Part shown: positions 18,620 through 28,358 of the stretch, one piece after another
Layout of the letters: the number at the start of each line of letters is the position of its first letter
Numbering within the stretch: the first letter of the stretch is position 1
From: a candidate division LCP-89 bacterium B3_LCP
Lineage (GTDB): Bacteria; Electryoneota; B3-LCP
Reading direction: 5' to 3'
NCBI GenBank assembly: GCA_005223185.1
Contig: NJBN01000009.1
Location: 1,321-65,320, forward strand
Length of the DNA: 64,000 nucleotides
Notes under the pieces: model-generated
The model's database searches: none
What the model was told of the DNA's origin: nothing
Seen by the model: the letters and a program-made list of their open reading frames with translations, nothing else
Translations under genes and position numbers: made by a program

Positions 18620-21370
18620 ATGCTCAAACATCTCTTAGTTGCCGGGGTATCCACAATACTACTACCTCTCATAACCGCTGCGCAAACTATTATTCCAGGT
18701 GGCAATGTCAATGGGCTCTGGGAGTTCAGCGGCTCCCCGTATAACATCGAAGGCGAAATCACCATCCCCGCTGGAGATACTCTGACTATCGAATCGGGAG
18801 TGGAGGTTGTTTTCCAAGGACATTACAAATTCATAATTAACGGTTTCCTGGAAGCTGCGGGCACAGAAAATGATTCCATCCTGTTCACGTCAGCGAATCC
18901 GGATACCGGCTGGGGCGGGATACGTTTTCTCGACGCGCTTGACAGCAACCAGTTGTTCTTCTGCGTAATCCAATATGGCCGTGCAACAGGTAGTTCGCCT
19001 GATAACCACGGTGGAGGGATCTATTGCGATAATTCTAACCCAGTAATCGCACACAGCAGCATAAGAAATAATTACAGCGAAGCGGCTGGTGGAGGGATCT
19101 ACTGCCTCGAAAATTCGAATCCCTCGATTAACCACTGTGTGATAAACAACAATACAGCAGTATTGGACGGCGGCGGTATCCACTGTTGGGAAGGAGCTGA
19201 GCCGACTGTCAGTTATTGTACAATATTTGCTAACACGGGAAACTATGGAGGAGGTGTATTCTGTGGTAACAATTCCGATTTAACTATTGTCAATTGCACA
19301 ATCAGTAGGAACACAGCTATCCAACTCGGTGGAGCCGTAAACTGCTACAACGCCAATCCAGCTATCCTAAATACTGTTATTGAAGGAAATCTCGGGAGCG
19401 GCGGAGTGAATATTCACAACGCACCTGGTATCTCCATCTCCTACTGTGACCTCTCTAACAACCAGGGTGGTAATCTAATAGGCAATACGATACCTCCTGG
19501 TGCAGGGCAACTTATATTTATAAACACTAACCTGGATTCCTGCGACATATTCTTTAATATCTTTGAAGAACCATTGTTCGAAGATCCTCTAAATGGAAAT
19601 TATAACCTGACTTGGATCAACTATCCTGTCTGGGATAATACACGATCCCCCTGCATCGATGCAGGAAATCCCGATCAACAATACCTCGATCCGGATAGCA
19701 CCACAGCCGATATAGGAGCTTCGTACTTCGATCAAAGCACTTTCCCACCAGTACCCGAAATCGTTGTTTCATCCCAACTATTGGATTTTGAAACTGTTAG
19801 AATAGGAAATCAGGCGGATTTGCCGCTGACTATTTACAACAACGGTAACAGATACCTGATCCTATATGACATCAATTCAAGTTCGCTCGCGTTCAGCACC
19901 AATTTCAATCCTTTGGACAGCCTGATCCTGCCGACCGATAGTCTACTAATTACAGTCTATTTCGATCCAGATGATACTTTATCATACAATGAAATCCTGT
20001 CCATTGACAATGATGATGAGTTGGTCGAAGTTGAATTGCTGGGGATTGGCGAGGAACCTTCCGAACCGAATATTCAGATCACTGCGGATTCGCTTGATTT
20101 CGGATCAGTCATAGTGGGTACTCAATCGAGTCTTCCATTCACAATCTACAATGTCGGGGACACGACTCTGGTCCTATACGATCTCACGGCAAACGATCCG
20201 GCATTCACGACTAATTTCGATCTTGCGGACAGCCTGATCTTGCCCAATGACAGCCTTATGATAACTGTAACTTTTGCGCCGGTAGAAATCATTTCCTATA
20301 GCGATACTCTAAGAATAGACAACAACGACGAATTGGTAGAATTATCGCTAATCGGTGCAGGTGTCAGTCCACCAGCGCCGGACATATCCGTTTCCGGGTA
20401 TACTTTAGATTTCGGGGCTTTACTTCTTGGGGCTCAAGAAACTCTACCACTAACGATCTATAACATGGGCAATGCTGATTTGATTCTCTATGAAATGACG
20501 ACTAGCGATACCGCCTTTACAATGGATTATGATCCCGCGGATAGCCTGATCGCCCCAGGCGATAGTCTTAACATTATAGTCTATTTTACACCATCGCAGA
20601 TTGCCTTTTACCAAGATACATTGACCATTGAGAGCAACGACGAAATAGTTTTAGTCGCCTTGGAAGGTGAGGGTATCGGACCTGTGCAAATTACCCTTAC
20701 TCCGTATAGCCCACCAATCATTATCCCAGAATCTGGAGGTAGTTTCGATTTCAACATCGCCGTTGAGAATCTAACCTCTGTGGAACAAATTTTCGATCTT
20801 TGGACTATCATTCGCCTACCACAAGTGGGGGAAGTTCCGATTATGACCGTTGCCAATATAACCATCCCTGGAAATACAGTCATTGACAGGGATAGAACCC
20901 AGTTTGTCCCTGAGATCGCTCCATCTGGAACGTACACGTATTATGCCTACGTGGGGAACTACCCTTGGGTAATCAATGACTACGACACCTTTAATTTTGA
21001 AAAACAAGGTAATAACGTGAATTGCAGCATGGGTGCTGCTTCAGATTGGCTTTGCACTGGAGAAAATTTTTACGATCTGTTTCCAACTTCCAATATGGAT
21101 ATCCCAACAGAATATATTTTATACTACCCTTACCCCAATCCATTTAACCCAGTGACGACGTTTAAGATCGAGTTGCCGGTGGCGTCATGGGTGACGCTGG
21201 AAATCTACGATGTCAGCGGAAGGTCGCTGGGTATTGTTATTGACGACTGGCGTTTGGCGGGGTATTACGAAGTGACTTTCGATGGATCGAGATTTGTGTC
21301 TGGGATTTATATCTACAAACTTTCTGCAGGCGATTTCATCTCAACTGGTAAAATAGTGCTGATGAAATAA
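18620..21370 (+). CDS. Secreted right-handed beta-helix protein with three Ig-like (ASH/choice-of-anchor D-like) repeats and T9SS type A-like CTD
   Basis: GGAG RBS, signal peptide, GGGIYC repeats, SPCIDAG..DIGA, three P.I.V....LDF..V..G....L.IYN.G repeats, YPNPFNP...KIVLMK end. Confidence 0.85.
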   Translation: MLKHLLVAGVSTILLPLITAAQTIIPGGNVNGLWEFSGSPYNIEGEITIPAGDTLTIESGVEVVFQGHYKFIINGFLEAAGTENDSILFTSANPDTGWGGIRFLDALDSNQLFFCVIQYGRATGSSPDNHGGGIYCDNSNPVIAHSSIRNNYSEAAGGGIYCLENSNPSINHCVINNNTAVLDGGGIHCWEGAEPTVSYCTIFANTGNYGGGVFCGNNSDLTIVNCTISRNTAIQLGGAVNCYNANPAILNTVIEGNLGSGGVNIHNAPGISISYCDLSNNQGGNLIGNTIPPGAGQLIFINTNLDSCDIFFNIFEEPLFEDPLNGNYNLTWINYPVWDNTRSPCIDAGNPDQQYLDPDSTTADIGASYFDQSTFPPVPEIVVSSQLLDFETVRIGNQADLPLTIYNNGNRYLILYDINSSSLAFSTNFNPLDSLILPTDSLLITVYFDPDDTLSYNEILSIDNDDELVEVELLGIGEEPSEPNIQITADSLDFGSVIVGTQSSLPFTIYNVGDTTLVLYDLTANDPAFTTNFDLADSLILPNDSLMITVTFAPVEIISYSDTLRIDNNDELVELSLIGAGVSPPAPDISVSGYTLDFGALLLGAQETLPLTIYNMGNADLILYEMTTSDTAFTMDYDPADSLIAPGDSLNIIVYFTPSQIAFYQDTLTIESNDEIVLVALEGEGIGPVQITLTPYSPPIIIPESGGSFDFNIAVENLTSVEQIFDLWTIIRLPQVGEVPIMTVANITIPGNTVIDRDRTQFVPEIAPSGTYTYYAYVGNYPWVINDYDTFNFEKQGNNVNCSMGAASDWLCTGENFYDLFPTSNMDIPTEYILYYPYPNPFNPVTTFKIELPVASWVTLEIYDVSGRSLGIVIDDWRLAGYYEVTFDGSRFVSGIYIYKLSAGDFISTGKIVLMK

Positions 21371-21394
21371 ATTTCGCGAATGGGTGTTAGAATA

Positions 21395-21425
21395 AAAAGC
21401 CTCAGAATCATCTCCTGAGGCTTTT
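21395..21425. terminator. Bidirectional rho-independent terminator
   Basis: AAAAGCCTCAG-N9-CTGAGGCTTTT between the convergent CDS and tRNA. Confidence 0.8.
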
Positions 21426-21431
21426 GCTTTG

Positions 21432-21502
21432 CTGGGATGCAGGGATTCGAACCCCGATACTACGGTCCAGAGCCGCATGTCCTGCCATTGGACGACATCC
21501 CA
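21432..21502 (-). tRNA. tRNA-Gln (anticodon CTG), CCA not encoded
   Basis: TGGGATG/CATCCCA acceptor stem, GTCC/GGAC D-stem, TGCGG-CT-CTG-GA-CCGTA anticodon arm, GGTTCGAATCC T-loop. Promoter TTGATT-N17-TATATT at 21516-21544. Confidence 0.95.
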
Positions 21503-21599
21503 AAAAATCCCGTAAAATATAATAATAAGATTCCCCGTAATCAAGAGGAATCTTTAACGATTAATCTTCAGGCGAATTGTACGGTTTGAAAGGGAATCC

Positions 21600-22208
21600 T
21601 CAGCCTCTGAGCTTTGCAGTAAAAGTAGCCACTCGTCTGCCTAAAGCTCGCGCGATAGCCAAATCGTTTTCAGTAGGTCCCTGCCCTTCACTGGTTCGTA
21701 CCACCGTTGTGGCGCCATAAGGTGAACCACCCAAATCTGCTTTCATTAGTTCGGGCAGGCTAAAAGGTAACCCTACAATGAGCATACCATGGTGCAGTAG
21801 TGGTAGATAAGTCGCCAAAAGAGTGCTTTCCTGTCCACCATGTAGAGAATTGCTGGAACAGAACACTCCTGCAGGTTTATCGACCAACGTACCTTTACTC
21901 CAGAGATCACCCGTGCTGTCGATGAAGGCTTTCATCTGAGCGCACATATTACCGAACCTGGTGGGCGTACCTAATACCAGGCCATCGCATTTTATCAAGT
22001 CCTTCTTGCTCACAATAGACACGTCTCGTTGGAGTTCAGCGGTAGCTTTCATAGCTGGATTTGATCTTATTTCTTCTTGCGGTAACGTTTCAGGTACACG
22101 CCGTAAATTACCAACTACGCCAGGAACCTCGGTTATACCCTTGGTAACAGCCTGAGCCATTTTAAAGATATTTCCGGTAGCGCTATAATAGAGAACCAAA
22201 ATTTTCAT
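21600..22208 (-). CDS. wrbA: NAD(P)H:quinone oxidoreductase WrbA
   Basis: LYYSATGN, GTPTRFGNMCAQMK, HGGQESTL, HHGM, GGSPYGA. Confidence 0.95.
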   Translation of the reverse strand: MKILVLYYSATGNIFKMAQAVTKGITEVPGVVGNLRRVPETLPQEEIRSNPAMKATAELQRDVSIVSKKDLIKCDGLVLGTPTRFGNMCAQMKAFIDSTGDLWSKGTLVDKPAGVFCSSNSLHGGQESTLLATYLPLLHHGMLIVGLPFSLPELMKADLGGSPYGATTVVRTSEGQGPTENDLAIARALGRRVATFTAKLRG

Positions 22209-22434
22209 TTAAACCCCCTTTATCCGTTTGACCGTAGCAGAAATCTGCCGTTCTTATTTTTAGTTTATCTATTAGCAATTATTGAGTCTATTCACCGGTT
22301 GTTACTTATTAACCTAATGATTCAACTTCAAGTTTCACGGGAGCTTATCTGGGGATGAAGAATGGTCAGAGTAGGGCAAGCAAGTCGTATAATAGATATC
22401 ATAAACAAAAACTATGAGCAATAACCACCACTGC

Positions 22435-22463
22435 AATATACAAAGGAAATCTTTACGAGTCAA
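22435..22463 (-). promoter_or_regulatory. Sigma70-type promoter upstream of wrbA
   Basis: TTGACT-N17-TATATT on the minus strand. Confidence 0.5.
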
Positions 22464-22526
22464 GTAAAATCTTTTCCTCTGATCAATTATTTTTCACTTG
22501 ATGACATAGATGGATGTGAGGTATTT

Positions 22527-25481
22527 TTAATACTGAATGCTTCGTTCTGTCATGCGGTAGGTCAAATGAGCGGAAGTGAGAGCTTCATCGACTCTGAATT
22601 GGACATATGTATTCTGACTGGGGTAGGGGATTTCCGTTAAGCCAGTGGTTATCGGCATCCAACTGGTAGTCCATTCTACTAAGGCTAAACCGTCGAAATA
22701 GGCTATTCCTGTTCCTGTTCCGGGAGCGCTGTTACGGCATCTTATGTTACAGTACCATCCATCTTCAGGTGAATAGAAGTTCATATAATATCGAGTCCAG
22801 GAAAAGTTGCCTGATTGTGATTCAATATATTCGGATGACTGAGCGTTGTTTGAAAAACGGCTGTCGTAAAATAGCACTCCAAAACGCGCTGATTCGCAGT
22901 TGCTGCCTCCCATATAACCATCAATCGTGTATCGGCTCTGTTCATCTATGGGGATATTGTCTTCTAAGTCGGTGTAGTGATAATTGTATCCTCCGCTATG
23001 CCGTACTCCCATGCAGTACGTACCTGATTGTGGGTACATAGTTTCCAAGAAGGTGTGTTCATTCATGTCCCATAGCCATCCGCCTTCATATTCAAAGCCG
23101 CCGTGGAGCAATATCTCCCGACCTAAGACAGCCTCAAGGGATGCACCACCCGGTATGCCTGAAAGGGATATGAAAGCGCTCAAGAAACCGGGATCTTCGA
23201 TGCGCACCGGTTCGGATACCCAATGATCGCCCTCGTCTCTGAAATCCATGGTAATGGTAACTTCTCTCGTATCTTCAATAACCTGCGCACTGCTGGTAGC
23301 AACTGTTCCAGTACAGGTTGCCGAATCAAAAGCCACGTCAGTGTCCAGTTCTTCGGAAAGCGCCGCCAGCATGCGTCCGATGCTTTCAGCAAGTTCCCCA
23401 TTTGCCGGAGTGGGCAGATAATCATCAATGTAAACCGGTCTGAAAGTGAAATCGGTGAAGCCGTCCAGAGTGGCTCTACAGTACAAGATCATACTGTTGT
23501 ATGTTTCCCAGTAGTTCTGGTCAAAAGCGAAATTACCAAAACTGTGCGCAATCAGCTTGTCCTGATAGACTTCAAAGCCGCGCAGGACATGAGGATGATG
23601 GCAGAAAATAACGTCAGCGCCTAATTCGATAGCGCGGTGCTCTAAGTAGCGGTCTATCGAATCAATCATGGTGCTGAAACGCAGGTACTCCCGCGGGTCC
23701 GAACTGGCTAATTCCGGTGATCCTTCCAGCGGAGAATAATCATATTCAGTTCCGACGTGTGCCTGTACGATGATTAAATCAGCAAGCGAATCAGCAGCCG
23801 GAATGGTGGCTTCCAATGTAGGTTCGTCGAACATGGCGAATCCGGCTTTGTTGTAGCCAGCTTCCAGGAACGGCGGCAGGAAATCTTCCCTTCCATCTCT
23901 GTTGCAGTAAGACAGAACCGCAACTCTGATCCCATCGACACTGAAGAACGCTGGACGCGTCGCCCAGTATTCGTTCAAGCCGGAACCGGAATTTAAGATG
24001 CCCGCTGAATCCAGTATAGCCATTGTCTGCATTAGAGCCGGTTCCATGTAGTCCATGGTGTGATTGTTTCCTAAAGCAACATAATCAAAGCCGGCGAACT
24101 GCAGACCAGCTACATTTTCAGGACTTCCATGGAAGATGTATTGCTTGGTGGGATGAGGATACCCCTGGTCAGTCAACTGACATTCTAAGTTAACCATGCT
24201 TATGTCTGCAGCTTGACCGAACATGGATAGCGTTCGTTCGAATATATACTCCACACCGTAATTCGGAATGATCCCCCATGATTCTTCATAACGGCGTGCC
24301 AACATAACGTCACCAGCCATATTCAAGGTGAAATCAGGATCTGGCGTTCCCGGCGGGGGCAGTAGATGAATCGCGGCATCGCCGAACAAGCTGTCTTCAT
24401 CCATTACAATCAAGGATGCGGTGCGGTATCCTCGTGCAGCGTAAGTATGGCTGGGATTAGGCTGATCTGAGAATGTGGAATCACCGAAATCCCAGAAGTA
24501 GGTGTGGGTAGGGCTATCCGGATCGATCACTGTGCTGGTAAAATCATAGTGAGGCTGCGCTGCTGCTGAATCACCAACAGCAGTAATGTAAACCTGAGGC
24601 TGCGAAGGAAGATCTTCGGTAATATCGTGTATCTCATCGAAAAATGAGATAGCTTCTTCGCCGCCTTCATCAATGTCATTAACGTAGAATAAACGGTCTA
24701 TCACAGGCAGGTCTTCGTAACGAATCATCCAATCTCTACCGACAGGCATATTCAGGAGCGCCCATTCCCTTAGAGGAGCTACTCCGTAGAAAGTCGTGTT
24801 CCACTGTTCACCCGTGATTAAGTAGGTGCCGTCAAAGACGTAAAACAGTTCATCAGTTCCATCACCGATCCCAAATGCTTGAAATTCGCCCAAATCCTCC
24901 ACCATAACTGCAGCCCGCCAGACCGTACCTTCTGATACTGGAATAGGATCGATATATTCTATCTTCCAGGTGTTGCCGTACAGCATTAATGAGAACAGTG
25001 TGGAGTCATATGTGTAAGTAGAAGTAACCTCCCACGCCCATGGATCGTGATCCTGATCAGGGTAGCTGGACAGATTAACGGTGCCATCCTCGAAATCTTC
25101 GATCATAATCTCATCGATGAGGAGGTTCAGTCCATTGGGGAAACTCAGAGCCTGGTAGAACGTGCGTGATGATGATTTCAGCGAGAGAGGATCAACGTAG
25201 AAGGAGCGTTGAGTGGCACCCAAAAGCGTGCTAACTCCCGGTGATAAATCAGGATCAGGACTATAGAATAACAGATAGAGTCCTTCACCACTCTGCACCT
25301 CCGGAAGAACCAGCCGGATATAGTTATTATCCAGGGATAGGCTTAGGTTCTCAACCGGTTTGCCGCTGCTGAGATCCAATTCTCCTGTGTTACCGGCAAG
25401 AGATATTCCTATGCAGGCGCTGATACAGAGTACCAGGCAAACTGAAGCTGATCTTAGGTAAAGCTCATGAATCCGCATCAA
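22527..25481 (-). CDS. Secreted CapA/PgsA-family metallophosphoesterase-fold protein with PKD and carbohydrate-binding-like domains
   Basis: Signal peptide, PKD (YFWDFGD..PSHTY), CapA motifs AGDVMLAR, NLE, LGNNHTMDY, HVGTEY, HHPHV, SFGNFAFDQ. Confidence 0.85.
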   Translation of the reverse strand: MMRIHELYLRSASVCLVLCISACIGISLAGNTGELDLSSGKPVENLSLSLDNNYIRLVLPEVQSGEGLYLLFYSPDPDLSPGVSTLLGATQRSFYVDPLSLKSSSRTFYQALSFPNGLNLLIDEIMIEDFEDGTVNLSSYPDQDHDPWAWEVTSTYTYDSTLFSLMLYGNTWKIEYIDPIPVSEGTVWRAAVMVEDLGEFQAFGIGDGTDELFYVFDGTYLITGEQWNTTFYGVAPLREWALLNMPVGRDWMIRYEDLPVIDRLFYVNDIDEGGEEAISFFDEIHDITEDLPSQPQVYITAVGDSAAAQPHYDFTSTVIDPDSPTHTYFWDFGDSTFSDQPNPSHTYAARGYRTASLIVMDEDSLFGDAAIHLLPPPGTPDPDFTLNMAGDVMLARRYEESWGIIPNYGVEYIFERTLSMFGQAADISMVNLECQLTDQGYPHPTKQYIFHGSPENVAGLQFAGFDYVALGNNHTMDYMEPALMQTMAILDSAGILNSGSGLNEYWATRPAFFSVDGIRVAVLSYCNRDGREDFLPPFLEAGYNKAGFAMFDEPTLEATIPAADSLADLIIVQAHVGTEYDYSPLEGSPELASSDPREYLRFSTMIDSIDRYLEHRAIELGADVIFCHHPHVLRGFEVYQDKLIAHSFGNFAFDQNYWETYNSMILYCRATLDGFTDFTFRPVYIDDYLPTPANGELAESIGRMLAALSEELDTDVAFDSATCTGTVATSSAQVIEDTREVTITMDFRDEGDHWVSEPVRIEDPGFLSAFISLSGIPGGASLEAVLGREILLHGGFEYEGGWLWDMNEHTFLETMYPQSGTYCMGVRHSGGYNYHYTDLEDNIPIDEQSRYTIDGYMGGSNCESARFGVLFYDSRFSNNAQSSEYIESQSGNFSWTRYYMNFYSPEDGWYCNIRCRNSAPGTGTGIAYFDGLALVEWTTSWMPITTGLTEIPYPSQNTYVQFRVDEALTSAHLTYRMTERSIQY

Positions 25482-25512
25482 ATACTCCCGTTATGAAAGA
25501 AAACCCTAACTT

Positions 25513-25541
25513 AATATACACAAATTCTATGCGAAAGTCAA
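25513..25541 (-). promoter_or_regulatory. Sigma70-type promoter
   Basis: TTGACT-N17-TATATT upstream of the CapA-family gene. Confidence 0.55.
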
Positions 25542-25602
25542 GTACTTGTACACAAAAACTCGAATTATTTATCATTTGTGTGCTGACGCACTACCCCAAA
25601 TA

Positions 25603-25770
25603 GCACACGAATAAATTCGTGCGCCCAAATTTTTGGTAAAGTCGCTTCCCGAAGGGATTCCTTCGGAAGAAGTGACTGGTTATGGGGTTGGGGTCAGGTG
25701 AAGGATAATCATATGACAGATTCGGCGGACAAATTGTGGCGGACAGTTTTGTCCGACAAATTTGTACAGT
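25603..25770. repeat. Cluster of short REP-like palindromes
   Basis: GCACACGAATAAATTCGTGCGC, CCGAAGGGATTCCTTCGG, tandem GGCGGACA units with a TGTCCG inverse. Confidence 0.45.
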
Positions 25771-25957
25771 GATTGCTGCTGGATTTAGAGGGGCTTTTAT
25801 AGGGAGCGACATTATTGACGCTGCAGGGAGATAGTATTGAAAGGGCGTGATGCATTGTTGGGATGTGTATTTTAGGGAAGATTGTTGAGGATATTAGATG
25901 TCTTATATATAATATACTACAAATCGCGGGGAAAAGCAAGGGAATATTTGCTTAAAA

Positions 25958-26043
25958 GGCAGGGGAAACCTGCCTGAAGTAGACAAGCACCCCTGCCCTG
26001 CATCTATAGGACAGACAGGAATGTCTGTCCTCCCCTATGATTG
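25958..26043. repeat. 3'-flanking hairpin cassette, copy 1 (copy 2 at 28291-28358)
   Basis: GGCAGGGG..CCCCTGCC hairpin plus GGACAGACAGGAATGTCTGTCC palindrome at 26009-26030. Confidence 0.75.
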
Positions 26044-28029
26044 CTACTTCACCAACACCATCTTGCCTGAAGCGGTGAAGTCTCCTGCTTTCAAGTGATA
26101 AACGTAGAGTCCCGATGGTAATGCGGATCCATCAAAGGTTACTTCATGCACACCAACATCCCGCCAACCGCTCACTAATTCCGCGACTTCACGCCCGGAA
26201 ATATCGTAAACCGTCAGGTTCACCAGACTTGCATTCTGGAGCTGGTAACTCAGAACAGTTAACGGGTTGAAAGGATTGGGAGTGTTTTGATGAAGGGCGA
26301 AAACATAGGAGACCGTCGGTGACTGATTGGAAAGGAAGTACTGAGATTCATCCATGGATAATACTCTGCTATCATCTGGGTCTGGGGTAACTATTGCAAA
26401 CAGAAAGCTATCGATCGCCGTACCGGCAGTTATTTCGGCTTCTGCGATAAAGCTGTAGATTCCCCAGCTCGATCCAGACGCCATTGTAAACGTCCTTTCA
26501 ATAGTATTCATCGACCCGCCGGCTAAACTAAAAGTGGTCGGTTGTCCAACAGTTGTTGTCCGGCCGTCTGGCAATCTGTATTTGGCACTGACGGTAACAC
26601 TGTGTGTACTCTGGCTTTTATTGTATACTCGGAAATTGATATCGCGAGAGTTTTGTACATCAGTGGAAAATATCATTGGTGGATGATCTGGTGATACAGT
26701 CAAGCGTATATCAAGGGTTTGGTCGTAGTAGTAAGCTCCCATATCAATCCGAGTGTTATCGGGTTCATAAGTACTGGTAGGATCGCCACTATCCTGGCAA
26801 GGTGAATCGTATTCAAAGCGGAATTCTCCCTCGGAAACGTCGAGAAATTCAGGATCAGAATTGATATTACCCGTTCCCGTCCAGCCACCCTGGATGTCGC
26901 AATAGGTAGCGTCCATAGTGCCCTGTGGATTACCTGAAAGCGTAATTTGAGTCGGTGAGTTGCCCCAAAGGATGCTGTTTATCATCTCTGGGTGCGCCCC
27001 GTAATAGCTCTCGATGCCACCACCATGGGTAAAGTTAGCGGTATTATATACGATTGAATTGCTTATGAGCGTTGGATCGCAATTATGCAGATATATACCC
27101 CCACCATACCCATTGTTCAGAGCAGAATCACTGGCATCGTTATCATATATGAGATTATAGGAGATCTCAACAGCCTCATCATCACCCTTTCCGTAGATAC
27201 CGGCCCCATAAGTTGCCAAGCTGGATATGACTTCATTTTTACTGATGATGTTTTTACTGATAAGAGATTCAGTATCACCGATGTTAAAGTAAATGCCTCC
27301 CCCTTTTGTATTTGGGTAGTCATTGGCCAAATTACCACTTATTATATTACCGATTATTTGCGTTGCAGAATCATATTGGTAAATTCCGCCGCCGGATACT
27401 GCGGCTTCATTTATAATTACAAAATTTTCCAATATATCCGTTTCGTTGGCATCACAACTATTACAGCGTATCCCGCCACCATAATCAGCTGAGTTTCGGG
27501 CGATGATAGTTCTAGTAATTTCAGGGGCTGAATCATCCCAGGTGTAGATTGCACCTCCCCAATTAGCTTGACAATCACTGATCAGGCAATTATCGATGCT
27601 GGGGCTGGAATTTTCACAATATATTGCTCCTCCGTAGCCCTCTTCATACGCCCCGTCAACTATACCATTTGTCAGGCGACAGAATTTAAGGCTGCTGGAA
27701 CTTGAAGCATCTTCAAAGCGAATACCGCGCCAGCCTTCATCTTCATCAGCGCCGAAGAGAATAGGGTTGCTGAAGCTCCCTTCCGCTATTAGTGTTCCAT
27801 AAACCGTAAATTCCAGATTGTCTGTGGTCTGGAAAATAACAGTTACGCCTGGTTCGATCGTCAACGTAGCATTACTTTCGATCCAAATATCACCTTGAAC
27901 GAGGTAGCGTGAACCTGTTTCTGTCCACGTACCAGAGTGAGCTCCGCCATATATGATTGTATCAGCTCCAAGGATACTGGCGGAAAGGAAAGTAAAAACT
28001 AATGTCAGAAAGATTGATCTTTTCATCAT
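26044..28029 (-). CDS. Secreted beta-helix repeat protein with T9SS type A-like CTD
   Basis: GGAGG RBS, signal peptide, GGAIY/GGGIY repeats, SPCQDSGDP..DMGAY, TPNPFNP..KMVLVK. Promoter TTGACA-N17-TATATT at 28098-28126. Confidence 0.85.
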   Translation of the reverse strand: MMKRSIFLTLVFTFLSASILGADTIIYGGAHSGTWTETGSRYLVQGDIWIESNATLTIEPGVTVIFQTTDNLEFTVYGTLIAEGSFSNPILFGADEDEGWRGIRFEDASSSSSLKFCRLTNGIVDGAYEEGYGGAIYCENSSPSIDNCLISDCQANWGGAIYTWDDSAPEITRTIIARNSADYGGGIRCNSCDANETDILENFVIINEAAVSGGGIYQYDSATQIIGNIISGNLANDYPNTKGGGIYFNIGDTESLISKNIISKNEVISSLATYGAGIYGKGDDEAVEISYNLIYDNDASDSALNNGYGGGIYLHNCDPTLISNSIVYNTANFTHGGGIESYYGAHPEMINSILWGNSPTQITLSGNPQGTMDATYCDIQGGWTGTGNINSDPEFLDVSEGEFRFEYDSPCQDSGDPTSTYEPDNTRIDMGAYYYDQTLDIRLTVSPDHPPMIFSTDVQNSRDINFRVYNKSQSTHSVTVSAKYRLPDGRTTTVGQPTTFSLAGGSMNTIERTFTMASGSSWGIYSFIAEAEITAGTAIDSFLFAIVTPDPDDSRVLSMDESQYFLSNQSPTVSYVFALHQNTPNPFNPLTVLSYQLQNASLVNLTVYDISGREVAELVSGWRDVGVHEVTFDGSALPSGLYVYHLKAGDFTASGKMVLVK

Positions 28030-28290
28030 TCACCTCCAATGATTTGAGTTTCACTTGCATTTTAAATTTATTTATATTTTACATGCAAGTTTTAATAAAT
28101 ATAGTGTTCAGATTATTAAATGTCAAGTCTTATTTTAAAGATAGAGTGAAATAGTTAAGATGTTTATAGAACGTTACATAAGGCTTTGCCTTCGGGGTCT
28201 TGTATCGTTCCTGCGGGATTACTTAGCACTCACTAAATCCTGTAGTCGGGGTTCTTACCGACTCCAACCCTGGATATTTTAGATTAAGAA

Positions 28291-28358
28291 AGGGCAGGGG
28301 AAACACCCCTGCCCTGCATCCATTGGACAGACAGGAATGTCTGTCCTCCCCATGATTG
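28291..28358. repeat. 3'-flanking hairpin cassette, copy 2
   Basis: AGGGCAGGGG-AAACA-CCCCTGCCCT plus GGACAGACAGGAATGTCTGTCC at 28325-28346. Confidence 0.75.

Noticed and set aside
21432..21502. tRNA-Gln as an island integration site, or as tRNA-Sec
   Set aside because: No integrase or duplicated tRNA 3' end was noticed. The anticodon is CTG with a short variable arm, so it is not selC.
22209..22430. Long wrbA leader as a riboswitch or leader peptide
   Set aside because: No recognisable aptamer, strong hairpin or credible small ORF was found by eye.
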